From the NCBI GenBank assembly GCA_023399035.1, contig JAEWQX010000144.1, positions 255 to 64,254 on the forward strand: a stretch of 64,000 bases of DNA, written 5' to 3'. Positions 50,098 through 63,054 of the stretch are shown here, piece by piece. This DNA comes from Bacillota bacterium (GTDB lineage Bacteria; Bacillota; Clostridia; Clostridiales; Clostridiaceae). Every line of letters starts with the position of its first letter. The stretch's first letter is position 1. Both the position numbers and the translations under genes were made by a program. Under the pieces are notes generated by a model that saw nothing but the letters and a program-made list of their open reading frames with translations, was not told where the DNA came from and made no database searches.

Positions 50098-50766
50098 GTG
50101 GAACAGAGCCCAATTATATATTCCCACAATTTTGGATTCTTTACTCTTGATATTACAACAAGCGTAATAGTTCAATGGGTAATTATAGCCATACTGGGTA
50201 TAGGGTCATTTCTGTTAACAAGAAATTTAAAGGAAAAGCCTGACAAGAAACAGGCTGCTCTTGAGAAAATTTACATTACGGTTGAATCGGTTGTGACAAA
50301 TACAATGGGCGAATCCTATTTGAGATTTATACCTTATATAGGAAGTTTAATGGTATACTTAATATTTTTAAACTTTATGGGGTTAATAGGAATAAAGCCA
50401 CCAACACAAGATTTAAGTGTAACAGTAGGTTTAGCAATTACTACTTTCATAACTATTCATTACACTGCAATAAAAAGAAATGGGTTTGGAAAATATTTGA
50501 AAGGATATGTACATCCATTTGCATTTATGGTGCCAATTAATGTAATGGAAAGGGTAATGCTTCCTGTATCTTTAGCTCTTCGACTTTTTGGTAATATGCT
50601 GGCGGCAACTATATTAGTTGATTTAGTATATGAAGCGTTAGGGCATTTTGCAATAGGAATACCTATAATAGTACATGGCTATTTTGATTTGTTTGATGGA
50701 ACAATTCAAATGCTAGTATTTTCAATGTTAACTATGATTCAAATCAAGTTAACTGCAGAACACTAA
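50098..50766 (+). CDS. atpB: F0 subunit a
   Basis: PPTQD, SLALRLFGNMLA, IQMLVF; GTG start. Confidence 0.95.
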   Translation: MEQSPIIYSHNFGFFTLDITTSVIVQWVIIAILGIGSFLLTRNLKEKPDKKQAALEKIYITVESVVTNTMGESYLRFIPYIGSLMVYLIFLNFMGLIGIKPPTQDLSVTVGLAITTFITIHYTAIKRNGFGKYLKGYVHPFAFMVPINVMERVMLPVSLALRLFGNMLAATILVDLVYEALGHFAIGIPIIVHGYFDLFDGTIQMLVFSMLTMIQIKLTAEH

Positions 50767-50809
50767 TAATTAATATTTTAAGAAAACAATTTTTTAGGAG
50801 GAATTAATA

Positions 50810-51025
50810 ATGAGTATTGGAGCTTTAGCAGCAGGTATAGCTGTATTAACAGGAATTGGAGCAGGAATAGGAATAGGAATTGCTACAGGAAAGGCTACAG
50901 AAGCAATTGGAAGACAGCCAGAAGCAACAAGTAAAATTCAAACAGCTTTAATTATAGGTGCAGGTCTTGCAGAAGCAACAGCAATTTACGGATTAATAGT
51001 AGCAATCATGGTAATGGGTAAATAA
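50810..51025 (+). CDS. atpE: F0 subunit c (H+-type signature)
   Basis: GxGxGxG, RQPE loop, AEATAIY; lacks the Q...ES/T Na+ signature. Confidence 0.96.
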   Translation: MSIGALAAGIAVLTGIGAGIGIGIATGKATEAIGRQPEATSKIQTALIIGAGLAEATAIYGLIVAIMVMGK

Positions 51026-51078
51026 TAAATAATATGAGTTGAGTGCATTGACTCCGAAGGGAGGATATAAGTAAGTAG

Positions 51079-51564
51079 ATGGATATTGATATTAACATTT
51101 CAACGCTGATATTTACATTAATTAACTTTGTTATTTTAGTCTTAATCTTAAAGCATTTCTTTTGGAGTAAACTTCAAGCAGTTATTGAAGAAAGACAAAA
51201 TAATATTGATGAAAAATTAATGAAAGCAGATGAAGATTCTGAAAAAGCTAGAATGTATTTATTACAAAATGAAAGAATCTTAAAAGAAGCTAGAGAAGAA
51301 GGTAAGAAAATCACTGAAAAGCAGAAGCAGAAAGGTGATAAGATTTATGAAGAAATAGTTGCAAATGCAAAAGTAGAAGCAGATGCATTGATAGAAAGAG
51401 CAAATGTAGAAATTGAAAGAGAAAAAGAAAAAGCTGAATATGAAATAAAGAAACAGGCAGTTGGTTTGGCTGTAGAACTTTCAGTTAAGGCTTTAGAAGA
51501 TAGTATAGACGAAGAAGTACATAGAAAGCTTATAAGCGATTTTATTGCTAAGGTAGGTATGTAA
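51079..51564 (+). CDS. atpF: F0 subunit b
   Basis: N-terminal TM plus coiled coil; operon position. Confidence 0.94.
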   Translation: MDIDINISTLIFTLINFVILVLILKHFFWSKLQAVIEERQNNIDEKLMKADEDSEKARMYLLQNERILKEAREEGKKITEKQKQKGDKIYEEIVANAKVEADALIERANVEIEREKEKAEYEIKKQAVGLAVELSVKALEDSIDEEVHRKLISDFIAKVGM

Positions 51565-51566
51565 TT

Positions 51567-52106
51567 ATGTATGAATATTTAGATCGTAGATACGCATTGG
51601 CTCTTTATGAAGTAGCTGAATCTAAGGGAAAAGTAAATGAATATCTTCAAGACTTAAGAGAAATCTGTGATTTGATAGAAAATAATTGCGATTTTTATGA
51701 AGTAATACGTCATCCACAAATTAATACAAGAAGAAAGAAACAGACTTTTATCAATATATTTAAAGGCAAGATTGATGAAGAATTATTATCTTTCTTATTA
51801 ATATTGATTGAAAAGGATAGAATACTTTATCTTAGGGAAAAGCTTAACGAGATGGAAAAAATTGATCTCGAACGCAAAAATACTTTAAAAGGGGTAATAA
51901 AAACAGCCGTACCTCTTTTAGATAGTGAATTTAATACTTTAAAAGATATCTTTGAGAAAAAGTATGATAAAAACATTATTTTTGAAGCTAAAGTGGACAA
52001 AAAAGTTTTAGGTGGGGTTTATGTTAGAATCGGAAATGATGTTATTGATGATACTGTTAAATCAAAAATAGATGAAATGAAAGATTTAATGCTTAGAAAG
52101 AAATAG
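51567..52106 (+). CDS. atpH: F1 subunit delta
   Basis: [21 protein letters not shown]. Confidence 0.94.
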   Translation: MYEYLDRRYALALYEVAESKGKVNEYLQDLREICDLIENNCDFYEVIRHPQINTRRKKQTFINIFKGKIDEELLSFLLILIEKDRILYLREKLNEMEKIDLERKNTLKGVIKTAVPLLDSEFNTLKDIFEKKYDKNIIFEAKVDKKVLGGVYVRIGNDVIDDTVKSKIDEMKDLMLRKK

Positions 52107-52116
52107 AGGTGAATCC

Positions 52117-53631
52117 ATGAATATTAAACCAGAAGAAATAACTTCTATTATAAAAAAAGAAATTGAAAAATATGAAAAGCAAATTAAAACAGTAGATTCT
52201 GGTACTATCATCCAGGTAGGAGATGGTGTTGCAAGAGTTTATGGATTAGATGATTGTATGGAAGGTGAATTATTAGAATTCCCTAATGATGTTTACGGAA
52301 TGGCACTTAACCTTGAGCAGGATAATGTTGGATGTGTTCTTTTAGGATCTGAAGAAGGAATAAAAGAAGGAGACATAGTTAAAGGAACAGGAAAAATAGT
52401 TCAAGTTCCAGTTGGAGAAGCAATGATAGGAAGAGTTGTAAATGCTCTTGGAGAAGCTATTGATGGCAAAGGTCCTATAATGACTGATGAAACTAGAGCA
52501 ATTGAAGTTCCAGCGCCAAGTATTATTGACAGAAGCTCAGTTAATGAACCTCTTCAAACAGGAATTAAGGCTATCGATTCAATGATTCCAATAGGTAAAG
52601 GACAGAGAGAACTTATAATTGGAGACCGTCAAACTGGTAAAACAGCAATAGGTATAGATACTATATTAAACCAAAAGGGTAAAGATGTAATATGTATATA
52701 TGTTGCTATAGGTCAAAAGCAATCTACAGTTGCACATATAGTTAACACATTAACTGAAATGGGTGCAATGGACTATAGTATAGTAGTAAGTTCAACAGCA
52801 GCAGAATCTGCACCGCTTCAATATCTTGCTCCATATGCAGGATGTAGTATTGGTGAGTACTTCATGCATCAAGGAAAGGATGTATTAATAATATATGATG
52901 ACCTTTCTAAACATGCTGTGGCTTATAGAGCTATGTCATTATTACTTAAGAGACCACCAGGAAGAGAAGCATATCCAGGAGATGTATTCTATATACACTC
53001 TAGATTACTTGAAAGGTCAGCTAAGTTATCTAAAGAATTAGGAAGCGGTTCATTAACAGCACTTCCTATAATAGAAACACAAGCTGGAGATATTAGTGCT
53101 TATATACCAACAAATGTAATATCAATTACAGATGGACAGATATTCCTTGAATCTGATTTATTCAACTCAGGACAAAGACCAGCTATTAACCCTGGTATAT
53201 CTGTATCAAGAGTTGGTGGTAGCGCACAGATCAAAGCAATGAAGCAGGTAAGTGGTACATTAAGACTTGAACTTGCACAATATAGAGAACTTGAATCTTT
53301 TGCTCAATTTGGATCAGACCTTGACAGTGATTCAAGCAGAAGACTAGAAAAGGGTAAGAGGTTAATGGAAATATTGAAACAAGATCAATATCAGCCATTA
53401 GATGTTGAAAAACAAGTAATGATTTTATATGCGACTGTTAATGATTTCTTATCTGATATTAAAGTTGCTGATATAAAAAAATTTGAAAGAGAATTCTTAG
53501 AATTTATGGATACTCATCATAGAGAAGTTGGTAAGGCAATACTATCTGAAAAGACATTAACAGATGATATTAAATCTGCCCTTGAAGGAGCAATAATTGA
53601 ATTTAAGAAAGTATTTTTACAGGAACAATAA
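52117..53631 (+). CDS. atpA: F1 subunit alpha
   Basis: [28 protein letters not shown]. Confidence 0.98.
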   Translation: MNIKPEEITSIIKKEIEKYEKQIKTVDSGTIIQVGDGVARVYGLDDCMEGELLEFPNDVYGMALNLEQDNVGCVLLGSEEGIKEGDIVKGTGKIVQVPVGEAMIGRVVNALGEAIDGKGPIMTDETRAIEVPAPSIIDRSSVNEPLQTGIKAIDSMIPIGKGQRELIIGDRQTGKTAIGIDTILNQKGKDVICIYVAIGQKQSTVAHIVNTLTEMGAMDYSIVVSSTAAESAPLQYLAPYAGCSIGEYFMHQGKDVLIIYDDLSKHAVAYRAMSLLLKRPPGREAYPGDVFYIHSRLLERSAKLSKELGSGSLTALPIIETQAGDISAYIPTNVISITDGQIFLESDLFNSGQRPAINPGISVSRVGGSAQIKAMKQVSGTLRLELAQYRELESFAQFGSDLDSDSSRRLEKGKRLMEILKQDQYQPLDVEKQVMILYATVNDFLSDIKVADIKKFEREFLEFMDTHHREVGKAILSEKTLTDDIKSALEGAIIEFKKVFLQEQ

Positions 53632-53858
53632 AATATTTCAATGTGATGTCTGCTAATTTGAATTGAGTTTTTGAATCATATTAATGACTCGTAATTGAAG
53701 TATATTGAATTTTGTCTTAAAAAATAATTAATGTAGAAATCTTTATGTTTTCTACATTAATTAAAGATAAAAGAAGTATAAATAAAGCAGTTTAAATCCC
53801 GATATGGGATTTTATATTTAATTGTTAACTGCTAACTAAATTTCAGGAGGTGGAAGAC

Positions 53859-56115
<2,257 letters not shown>

Positions 56116-56129
56116 GGAGATGTTAGGGT

Positions 56130-56531
56130 ATGGCTAATAGCTTTTTACTTAGAATAGTTACACCAAGTCATGATGTTTATGAAGGACTTGTTCAACGCGT
56201 ATTTTTAAAGAATAAAGATGGTGAATTTGAGGTTTTAGCTAATCATGAAAATATGATAACAAGCACTGTTCCAAATATAGCAAGATTTGTTGATGAGAAA
56301 GGGGAAACTCATGAGCTTTTTATTTCAACAGCAATTGTTAATATTGTAAAAGGTGAAGTTAGCATTTGTAGTGATGCAGCAGAATTTGCAGAAGATATTG
56401 ATTTTAATAGAGCAGAACAAGCAAAGAAAAGAGCGGAAGAGAAAATGTCTTCACCGGAGATTTTCGATAAGGAAAGAGTTAAGCTTGCATTGCTAAGAGC
56501 AAATGAAAGACTAAAATTAAAGAGGAAATAG
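56130..56531 (+). CDS. atpC: F1 subunit epsilon
   Basis: LRIVTP, GEFEVLANH, IDFNRAEQAKKRAE; last gene of operon. Confidence 0.93.
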   Translation: MANSFLLRIVTPSHDVYEGLVQRVFLKNKDGEFEVLANHENMITSTVPNIARFVDEKGETHELFISTAIVNIVKGEVSICSDAAEFAEDIDFNRAEQAKKRAEEKMSSPEIFDKERVKLALLRANERLKLKRK

Positions 56532-56539
56532 ATTTATTA

Positions 56540-56591
56540 TAAAAAAGTGTGATTTTTTAAGTATAATTTAAAAATCACACTTTTTTATTTT
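56540..56591 (+). terminator. atp operon terminator
   Basis: AAAAAAGTGTGATTTTT / AAAAATCACACTTTTTT. Confidence 0.85.
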
Positions 56592-56746
56592 AGAAAGAAA
56601 TAAAAGTAGAAATAAACATGAATTAGTACAATTTATCACAAAATATAGAGTAATTTATATAATAATACTATAAAGTTATTGATGTATGGAATAAATTTTT
56701 GAATAGTGACAATAATTAAAAAAAGATAAAGGTGGGAGTGGTTTTT

Positions 56747-57388
56747 ATGAAAATAAAAATAAGTATAGTAATTCTTATTTTATTATCTTTTTTTAATATT
56801 GGAGCTGTTTCAGACAGCCATATAAAAGTCAGTTCATTCAATAATTTAGAATCTTTCTTTGAGAATAAAAGTGAATTTGTTGAAAATGGTTATAAGATAC
56901 AATATAAGACTATAAATAATGTAGAAGATGAGAGAAATAGGATTAAAGGATATATTATAGATAAATTTAATATAGATTATAAAGAAACAGAAGAAAATAA
57001 AATTAATTTTTTTAATGAAGATGTACAGATAGATGCACAGTTGTGGAATGAGGGTATGTATACTTATGCAGCAATAACTGTAGTTAATAATAATCTAAAC
57101 TATAAGACTGAGGACCTGGAAAGCATGATTCAAGGGTTAATTACTAATGATTTTCAGGAAGTACAGTGCTACAGATATTACAAAGGCAGAATATCATCTG
57201 ATAAGGAATATGAATATACTGAAGATATATGCAATAGTATTTATAAATCTGAGATGCTGGATTTGAATAATGGATATACAGGCAGGGGATATTGTTCTGA
57301 TGGTGAAAAAATAAATTTCGCTATAAGCAATTATAATACAGGTGCTTATATAATTATTGGTACGCCAATAATATTTGCAACATACTAA
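56747..57388 (+). CDS. YwmB-like exported protein
   Basis: Signal/TM N-terminus; C-terminal IIGTPIIFATY; between atpC and murA. Confidence 0.65.
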   Translation: MKIKISIVILILLSFFNIGAVSDSHIKVSSFNNLESFFENKSEFVENGYKIQYKTINNVEDERNRIKGYIIDKFNIDYKETEENKINFFNEDVQIDAQLWNEGMYTYAAITVVNNNLNYKTEDLESMIQGLITNDFQEVQCYRYYKGRISSDKEYEYTEDICNSIYKSEMLDLNNGYTGRGYCSDGEKINFAISNYNTGAYIIIGTPIIFATY

Positions 57389-57409
57389 CAATTAAATGTG
57401 GAGGATAAT

Positions 57410-58672
57410 ATGGAGAAAATAGTAGTAAAGGGTGTAAAAGAACTTAGGGGCGAAGTTAATATTAGCAGTGCTAAAAACTCGATTCTACCAATAATTGCAG
57501 CAACTATACTATGTCCAGAACCCATAGTAATAAATAATACACCTATGTTAGAAGATGTTGAAGTAATTTGTAAACTACTAAATGAACTTAACTGCGATAT
57601 TAATATTTCTAACATTACTAATCAATTAATAATAGATACAAAAGATATAGTGGTAATAGATGCTGATGCTGAGCTTATTAGAAAAATGAGGGCATCATTT
57701 CTTATTATGGGACCTATGCTTTCAAGATTTGGATACTGTAAGCTATCATTGCCAGGAGGATGTAACATAGGAAGCAGGCCTATAGATCTGCATCTTAAGG
57801 GGTTTAAGTTATTAGGTGCAGACATTACAATAGGGCATGGATTTGTTGAAGTAAGAGCAAAGAAATTAACTGGAAATAGAATATATTTAGACTTCCCTTC
57901 AGTAGGGGCAACAGAGAATATAATTATGGCTTCTGTCTTAGCTGATGGAACTACTATAATTGAAAATGCTGCTGAAGAGCCAGAAATATGGGATTTAGCA
58001 AATTTTTTAAACAAAATGGGTGCTAAAATTGAAGGCGCAGGCTTAGGCAAGATAACAATTACTGGAGTTAAGTCTTTAAAGGGGATAGAGTACACACCTA
58101 TATATGACAGAATAGAAGCAGGAACCTTTATGATAGCAGCAGCTATTACAAACAGTAAGATAAAAATAAATGGAGTCAATGAAGAACATTTAAGGCCAGT
58201 AATAGAAAAGCTTAAAGAAGGAGGAGTTATTTTTAGTGAATATAAGAATAATTCTATAATAGTTGATGGAAGAAATAAAAAATCTCCGCTTGACATTAAA
58301 ACGTTACCACACCCTGGATTTCCTACAGATATGCAGGCTCAGATAATGAGTTTACTTTCAGTTGTTGAAGGTGTAAGCATAATTACTGAAACTGTATTTG
58401 AAAATAGATTTATGCATGTTGCTGAACTTCAGAGGATGGGAGCTAATATTAAGATTGATGGAAGAACAGCTATAGTTGAAGGGGTTGCTAAACTAACAGG
58501 ATGTCAGGTTAAGGCTACAGATTTAAGAGCAGGAGCAGCAATGATATTAGGGGGATTGGTAGCAGAGGGAGAAACAAGAATAAGTGATGTTTATCATATT
58601 GATAGAGGTTATGTAGAGATAGAAAAGAAATTTAGGAAAATAGGTGCTGACATATATAGAATTGATGAATAG
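57410..58672 (+). CDS. murA: UDP-GlcNAc 1-carboxyvinyltransferase (Cys-type)
   Basis: AKNSILPI, LPGGCNIGSRPIDLH, PGFPTDMQ, TDLRAGAA. Confidence 0.97.
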   Translation: MEKIVVKGVKELRGEVNISSAKNSILPIIAATILCPEPIVINNTPMLEDVEVICKLLNELNCDINISNITNQLIIDTKDIVVIDADAELIRKMRASFLIMGPMLSRFGYCKLSLPGGCNIGSRPIDLHLKGFKLLGADITIGHGFVEVRAKKLTGNRIYLDFPSVGATENIIMASVLADGTTIIENAAEEPEIWDLANFLNKMGAKIEGAGLGKITITGVKSLKGIEYTPIYDRIEAGTFMIAAAITNSKIKINGVNEEHLRPVIEKLKEGGVIFSEYKNNSIIVDGRNKKSPLDIKTLPHPGFPTDMQAQIMSLLSVVEGVSIITETVFENRFMHVAELQRMGANIKIDGRTAIVEGVAKLTGCQVKATDLRAGAAMILGGLVAEGETRISDVYHIDRGYVEIEKKFRKIGADIYRIDE

Positions 58673-58717
58673 ATAAGTTGTCTCAAAATATTATTTTTAT
58701 ATTTTGGGATAACTTAT
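58673..58717 (+). terminator. Hairpin after murA
   Basis: ATAAGTTGTCTCAAAATA / TATTTTGGGATAACTTAT (2 G-U pairs). Confidence 0.7.
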
Positions 58718-58837
58718 TATTTTTATATGAATATATTTGAATCTTATGCTTTTGATTATAAAAATAGGTTAACTTTCTTGTAAATTTTAGCTATTAAATA
58801 TATCTACATTTAAATAATTAAAGCTGTAGTTACATAA

Positions 58838-58865
58838 TCATAATAATATCCAAGAAACATATAAT
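58838..58865 (+). promoter_or_regulatory. SigmaE-like promoter of spoIID
   Basis: TCATAAT-N13-CATATAAT. Confidence 0.55.
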
Positions 58866-58896
58866 TTATAGTGAAGTTTTTTGGAGGAATTAAAGA

Positions 58897-59961
58897 ATGA
58901 AAATGATTAAAGAAGAATGTAGGAAACTTAAGATAAATAGTAATGCAAAGAGTGTTATTATAATGAGTGCAATTATATTGCTAATGATGATATTACTACC
59001 AATAATATTTTTGAATGATAGTAATACTATTACTGAAATATCAGCTTTTAATTTGGATGAAAAAAATATAGTAAAAGGTTCGGGAGTTTCATTTCCTAAC
59101 AATGGAAAGGTGAAATTATATAGAAGAGAAAAAGGTACTGTTGAGGAGTTAGAGTTAGAAGAATATATTAAAGGTGTTGTAGCGAGTGAAATGCCTGCTA
59201 ATTTTGATGAGGAAGCATTAAAGGCTCAGGCAGTTGCAGCAAGAACTTACTATATGAATAAAAGGCTAAATCCATGTAAAGATGCACAAAGCAGAGGAGC
59301 AGAAATATGTGACAGCACTAATTGTCAGGTTTACATGGATAAGAATGAACGATTATCGAAATGGAGCCAGAAAGATGGTGAAAGTAATTGGAGTAAGATA
59401 GAAGAAGCAGTTGAATCAACAAGGGGAGAAGTTCTTACTTATGATGGTGCTGTATTGGAATATCCACAATTTTTCGCAGTTAGTTCAGGAAAAACAGAGG
59501 ATGCTGTAGATGTACTATCAATGGATATACCGTATCTGAAATCTACTGAAAGTACAGGAGATGAAATAGCGCCTAAATATGAAACCACATTAAGCATATC
59601 AATTGATGATTTTATCAATAAGATAAAGACAGAATATAAGAATATTAAGATATATAAGAATAACATAAAAGATTCTATTAATATCCAAAGTTATACTCAA
59701 GGTGGAAGTGTGAAAGAGATAAAAGTAGGTAGTGAAGTTATTGCAGGTGTTGATTTCAGAAGGCTATTAAATTTAAACTCTACTAATTTTAGGATATCTT
59801 TTAATGATGATAATATTATATTTTCATGTAAAGGATATGGGCATGGAGTTGGAATGAGTCAGTGGGGAGCTAATGCAATGGCTAAAAATGGTGATAAATA
59901 TGATACGATACTAAAACACTATTATAGTGGTGTTGAAATAGAAAAAATTAAATATGTTTAA
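58897..59961 (+). CDS. spoIID: Stage II sporulation protein D (lytic transglycosylase)
   Basis: YIKGVVASEMP, EALKAQAVAARTY, GHGVGMSQWGA. Confidence 0.96.
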   Translation: MKMIKEECRKLKINSNAKSVIIMSAIILLMMILLPIIFLNDSNTITEISAFNLDEKNIVKGSGVSFPNNGKVKLYRREKGTVEELELEEYIKGVVASEMPANFDEEALKAQAVAARTYYMNKRLNPCKDAQSRGAEICDSTNCQVYMDKNERLSKWSQKDGESNWSKIEEAVESTRGEVLTYDGAVLEYPQFFAVSSGKTEDAVDVLSMDIPYLKSTESTGDEIAPKYETTLSISIDDFINKIKTEYKNIKIYKNNIKDSINIQSYTQGGSVKEIKVGSEVIAGVDFRRLLNLNSTNFRISFNDDNIIFSCKGYGHGVGMSQWGANAMAKNGDKYDTILKHYYSGVEIEKIKYV

Positions 59962-59969
59962 GTAGAGTA

Positions 59970-60006
59970 AAAATAGAAGCATTCGTTTAACGAATGCTTC
60001 TATTTT
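59970..60006 (+). terminator. spoIID terminator
   Basis: AAAATAGAAGCATTCGTT / AACGAATGCTTCTATTTT. Confidence 0.85.
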
Positions 60007-60208
60007 AGTATTTAAACTACATTTATTGAAATTAATATAAATTATTACGTTTAGAAAAATATAAAGTGGACATAATTGTAGTTAATAGCAGAATATTAAT
60101 GCTATTTGGTTTTGGAGATTAATACTAAATAAGAAAAAAATAAAAAATAGTTAAAAATATGTATTAAACTTCAAAAAAAGGAAAAGATAAGTAAAGGAGG
60201 TGTTCATA

Positions 60209-60964
60209 ATGGACAAAAATTTTAAAGTGAAACTAAAGGATTTAATGAGCAGGGACGGTTTTTACATTGCTTTATTTCTTTGTCTTTGTGTAATTGTTAC
60301 AGTTGGAACCTTTTCATATAAAAAGTTTACAGCTCAAAATCAAATAGATAAAGCACAAGAACAAGAAATAAATGAAAGTGAATCTTATAACACTGAAGAA
60401 AATAATGAAGTTGTAAATAATCAGATTCCTAACGCTGAACGAGTAGAAAATACAGTTACTACTGAAGAAAAGAAACAGGAAAATAATGAAGACAAAAAAG
60501 ATGAAAGTAATAAATCTACAGTAGTTTCTACAAGTAATACTGTTAATTTTGTAGCTCCTTTAAATGGGGTTGAAAGCAGGACTTATACTTATCCTAAGCC
60601 TGTTCAAGTTGGAGAAAATGTTTTCAGGACTATTAAAGGTATAAATCTACAAGCTCAAATTGGAACTGAAGTTAAAGCAGCAGCAGATGGTGTTGTAAAT
60701 CTTGTTGAAAATTCAGGAGTAGAAGAAGGTATTGTAGTAGAAATAAAGCACGCTAATGGATTAAAAACAAGGTATGGAAATTTAAATGAAAATGTATCAG
60801 TTAAACAGGGAGATAAAGTCACTGCAAATCAAGTTATTGGTACAGTAGGAGATACTGCAAAAGTATTTAGCTCAGATGTTTTTGGAGAATTCTTAAATCT
60901 TCAAGTAATAGATGCTAATGGTGAGCAGGTAAATCCAGAGAATTATTTTACTTTTTCAAATTAG
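60209..60964 (+). CDS. spoIIQ: SpoIIQ-like protein with degenerate M23/LytM domain
   Basis: TM GFYIALFLC; VKAAADGVV, VKQGDKV, IGTVG; lies between spoIID and spoIIID. Confidence 0.8.
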   Translation: MDKNFKVKLKDLMSRDGFYIALFLCLCVIVTVGTFSYKKFTAQNQIDKAQEQEINESESYNTEENNEVVNNQIPNAERVENTVTTEEKKQENNEDKKDESNKSTVVSTSNTVNFVAPLNGVESRTYTYPKPVQVGENVFRTIKGINLQAQIGTEVKAAADGVVNLVENSGVEEGIVVEIKHANGLKTRYGNLNENVSVKQGDKVTANQVIGTVGDTAKVFSSDVFGEFLNLQVIDANGEQVNPENYFTFSN

Positions 60965-60976
60965 TAAAGTAATAAA

Positions 60977-61017
60977 TTCATATTAATTAGCCATGTTAAT
61001 TGGCTAATTAATATGAA
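60977..61017 (+). terminator. 17-bp hairpin after spoIIQ
   Basis: TTCATATTAATTAGCCA / TGGCTAATTAATATGAA. Confidence 0.65.
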
Positions 61018-61091
61018 AGTAAAAATTAATAAAAAAATTTATGAATTATTTTTAAATATATTTTTTAAATAAAGTTTGAGAAGGTGTATAT

Positions 61092-61346
61092 ATGAAAGAT
61101 TATATAGAGGAAAGAGTGTTAGATGTTGCAAAGTACATTATTGATTCAAAAGCTACAATAAGAAAAACAGCTAAGGTGTTTGGAGTAAGTAAAAGCACAA
61201 TCCATAAGGATATGACTGAAAGATTGCCTAAAATTAATCCTGAGATAGCAGAAGAAACACATTCTATATTAGAATTAAATAAAGCAGAGCGTCATATAAG
61301 AGGTGGAAAAGCAACTCAAATGAAATACAAGGCTATTGAATCTTAG
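61092..61346 (+). CDS. spoIIID: Sporulation transcription regulator SpoIIID
   Basis: MKDYIEERV, FGVSKSTIHKDMTERL, RHIRGG. Confidence 0.97.
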   Translation: MKDYIEERVLDVAKYIIDSKATIRKTAKVFGVSKSTIHKDMTERLPKINPEIAEETHSILELNKAERHIRGGKATQMKYKAIES

Positions 61347-61425
61347 GAAAATTAAGACTATAATATATTATTAGTAGAAATATGTAAAGTCAGGTATTAA
61401 TATGTATTATAGGAGTGAATAAAAT

Positions 61426-62460
61426 ATGGGCTTTTGGAGAACAGGGACAGACCTTGCAATTGATTTAGGAACAGCAACGGTTTTAGTTTATGTTAAAGGA
61501 AAAGGTGTAATATTAAAGGAACCTTCAGTAGTTGCAATAAATAGAAATAATAATAATCTTCTTGCTGTAGGTGAAGAAGCAAGAAAAATGCTAGGAAGAA
61601 CACCTGGAAATATAGTTGCGCTAAGACCACTTAAAGATGGCGTGATTTCTGATTATGATGTAACACAAAAGATGTTAAAGGAATTTATCAGAAAGGCGTG
61701 TGGAAAAAGAAATATAAGAGCTCCTAAAGTAATTGTCTGTGTACCATCTCAAGCTACAGAAGTAGAGAAGAGAGCTGTCATTGATGCAGCTGCAAATTCA
61801 GGAGCAAAGACTGTTCATTTAATTGAAGAACCACTTGCAGCTGCTATAGGAGCTGGTTTAGATATAACTAAACCTAATGGATGCATGGTTGTAGATATTG
61901 GTGGTGGGACTTGTGATATAGCTGTCATATCATTAGGAGGAGTAGTAGAAAGAGAATCCATAAAAATTGCTGGAGACAAGATGGATAATGCTATAATAAA
62001 GTATGTAAGAAATAATTATAAATTAATGATCGGTGAGAAAACAGCTGAAGAATTAAAAATAAATATTGGATCTGCATTTAAAAATTCTAGGAATCTAACA
62101 TACATGATGAAAGGCAGAAACTTAATTACAGGTTTACCAGATGAAGTAGAAATATCTACAGAAGAAATAAGACTTGCAATAGAAGACCTAGTTCAAAATA
62201 TAGTTGATACAGTTAAAAAGGTATTAGAAAGAACTCCGCCAGAATTAGCATCAGATATAATAGAAAGAGGAATATTGATGACTGGAGGAGGATCATTATT
62301 ACATGGTTTAGATAAACTTATAGAGTTTAGAACAGGTGTATCAGCAACTATTGCTGAAGATGCTGTTGAATGTGTTGCAAAAGGAACTGGAGAAGTTCTC
62401 GGTTACATAGATAAACTAGATAGTGAAGTTAATTCACAGCAAATAGTAATTATAGAGTAG
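61426..62460 (+). CDS. mbl: MreB-like actin homolog Mbl
   Basis: AIDLGTA, EEPLAAAIGAG, DIGGGT, TGGGSLL; follows spoIIID. Confidence 0.9.
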   Translation: MGFWRTGTDLAIDLGTATVLVYVKGKGVILKEPSVVAINRNNNNLLAVGEEARKMLGRTPGNIVALRPLKDGVISDYDVTQKMLKEFIRKACGKRNIRAPKVIVCVPSQATEVEKRAVIDAAANSGAKTVHLIEEPLAAAIGAGLDITKPNGCMVVDIGGGTCDIAVISLGGVVERESIKIAGDKMDNAIIKYVRNNYKLMIGEKTAEELKINIGSAFKNSRNLTYMMKGRNLITGLPDEVEISTEEIRLAIEDLVQNIVDTVKKVLERTPPELASDIIERGILMTGGGSLLHGLDKLIEFRTGVSATIAEDAVECVAKGTGEVLGYIDKLDSEVNSQQIVIIE

Positions 62461-62510
62461 TAAAGAAGGCTTGAACAATTAATTATATTCGTTCAAGCCT
62501 TCTTTATTTT
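62461..62510. terminator. Bidirectional terminator mbl/yyaC
   Basis: TAAAGAAGGCTTGAAC / GTTCAAGCCTTCTTTA. Confidence 0.85.
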
Positions 62511-62529
62511 GATAATTTAATATTAGAAA

Positions 62530-63054
62530 TCAACATATTAAGTTATATGCTTCGATTAAAGCTTTAGATATTGTTTTAGCCATATCCATTATGAAAGAAA
62601 GTCTGATACTACGAGAAAAGAAAAATTCTGAATTATCGCTAGAATCTACAATACCAATTATTGAGGCAATTCCCACTTCAGGAAGTTCCTTTCCTACACC
62701 TTTACCAGGATGAATAGCATAATCACGTGTTCTGACCTGACCAACGTCTTCTGCATTACCTAAACATGCATCTACTCCTATTATTGTCGAATTAGGATGA
62801 ATAGCATGTATTTCTTTAAGACGTTCATCAATATTTAGAGCATGTATTGGAGTTGAGAGAGTTCCATAAACGGGAAGTGGGAAATTATTATCTACTAATA
62901 TTGAACCAACTAAAGGACCTAAACAATCACCAATACATTTATCAGTACCAATACAAACTATTACAGTATTCTCAGAAATATAATTGCTAATTTCTAAAGC
63001 TAAATCATAGGAATAAAGAGAAGAATTGTTAGAATGAGTATCCGGCTTTATCAA
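62530..63054 (-). CDS. yyaC: Spore protease YyaC
   Basis: CIGTDKCIGDCLGPLVG, PIHALN, GVDACLG, PGKGVGKELP; TTG start after AGGAGG. Confidence 0.92.
   Translation of the reverse strand: MIKPDTHSNNSSLYSYDLALEISNYISENTVIVCIGTDKCIGDCLGPLVGSILVDNNFPLPVYGTLSTPIHALNIDERLKEIHAIHPNSTIIGVDACLGNAEDVGQVRTRDYAIHPGKGVGKELPEVGIASIIGIVDSSDNSEFFFSRSIRLSFIMDMAKTISKALIEAYNLIC

Noticed and set aside
50810..51025. Na+-translocating ATP synthase
   Set aside because: The c subunit lacks the Gln and the Ser/Thr directly after the carboxylate (reads E-A-T), so H+ coupling is more likely.
57622..58296. 224-aa antisense ORF inside murA
   Set aside because: Shadow frame of a conserved gene with no recognisable motifs. 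The same applies to the other antisense ORFs in the track (e.g. 6865-7308, 13178-13540, 14084-14461, 25221-25556, 26064-26477).
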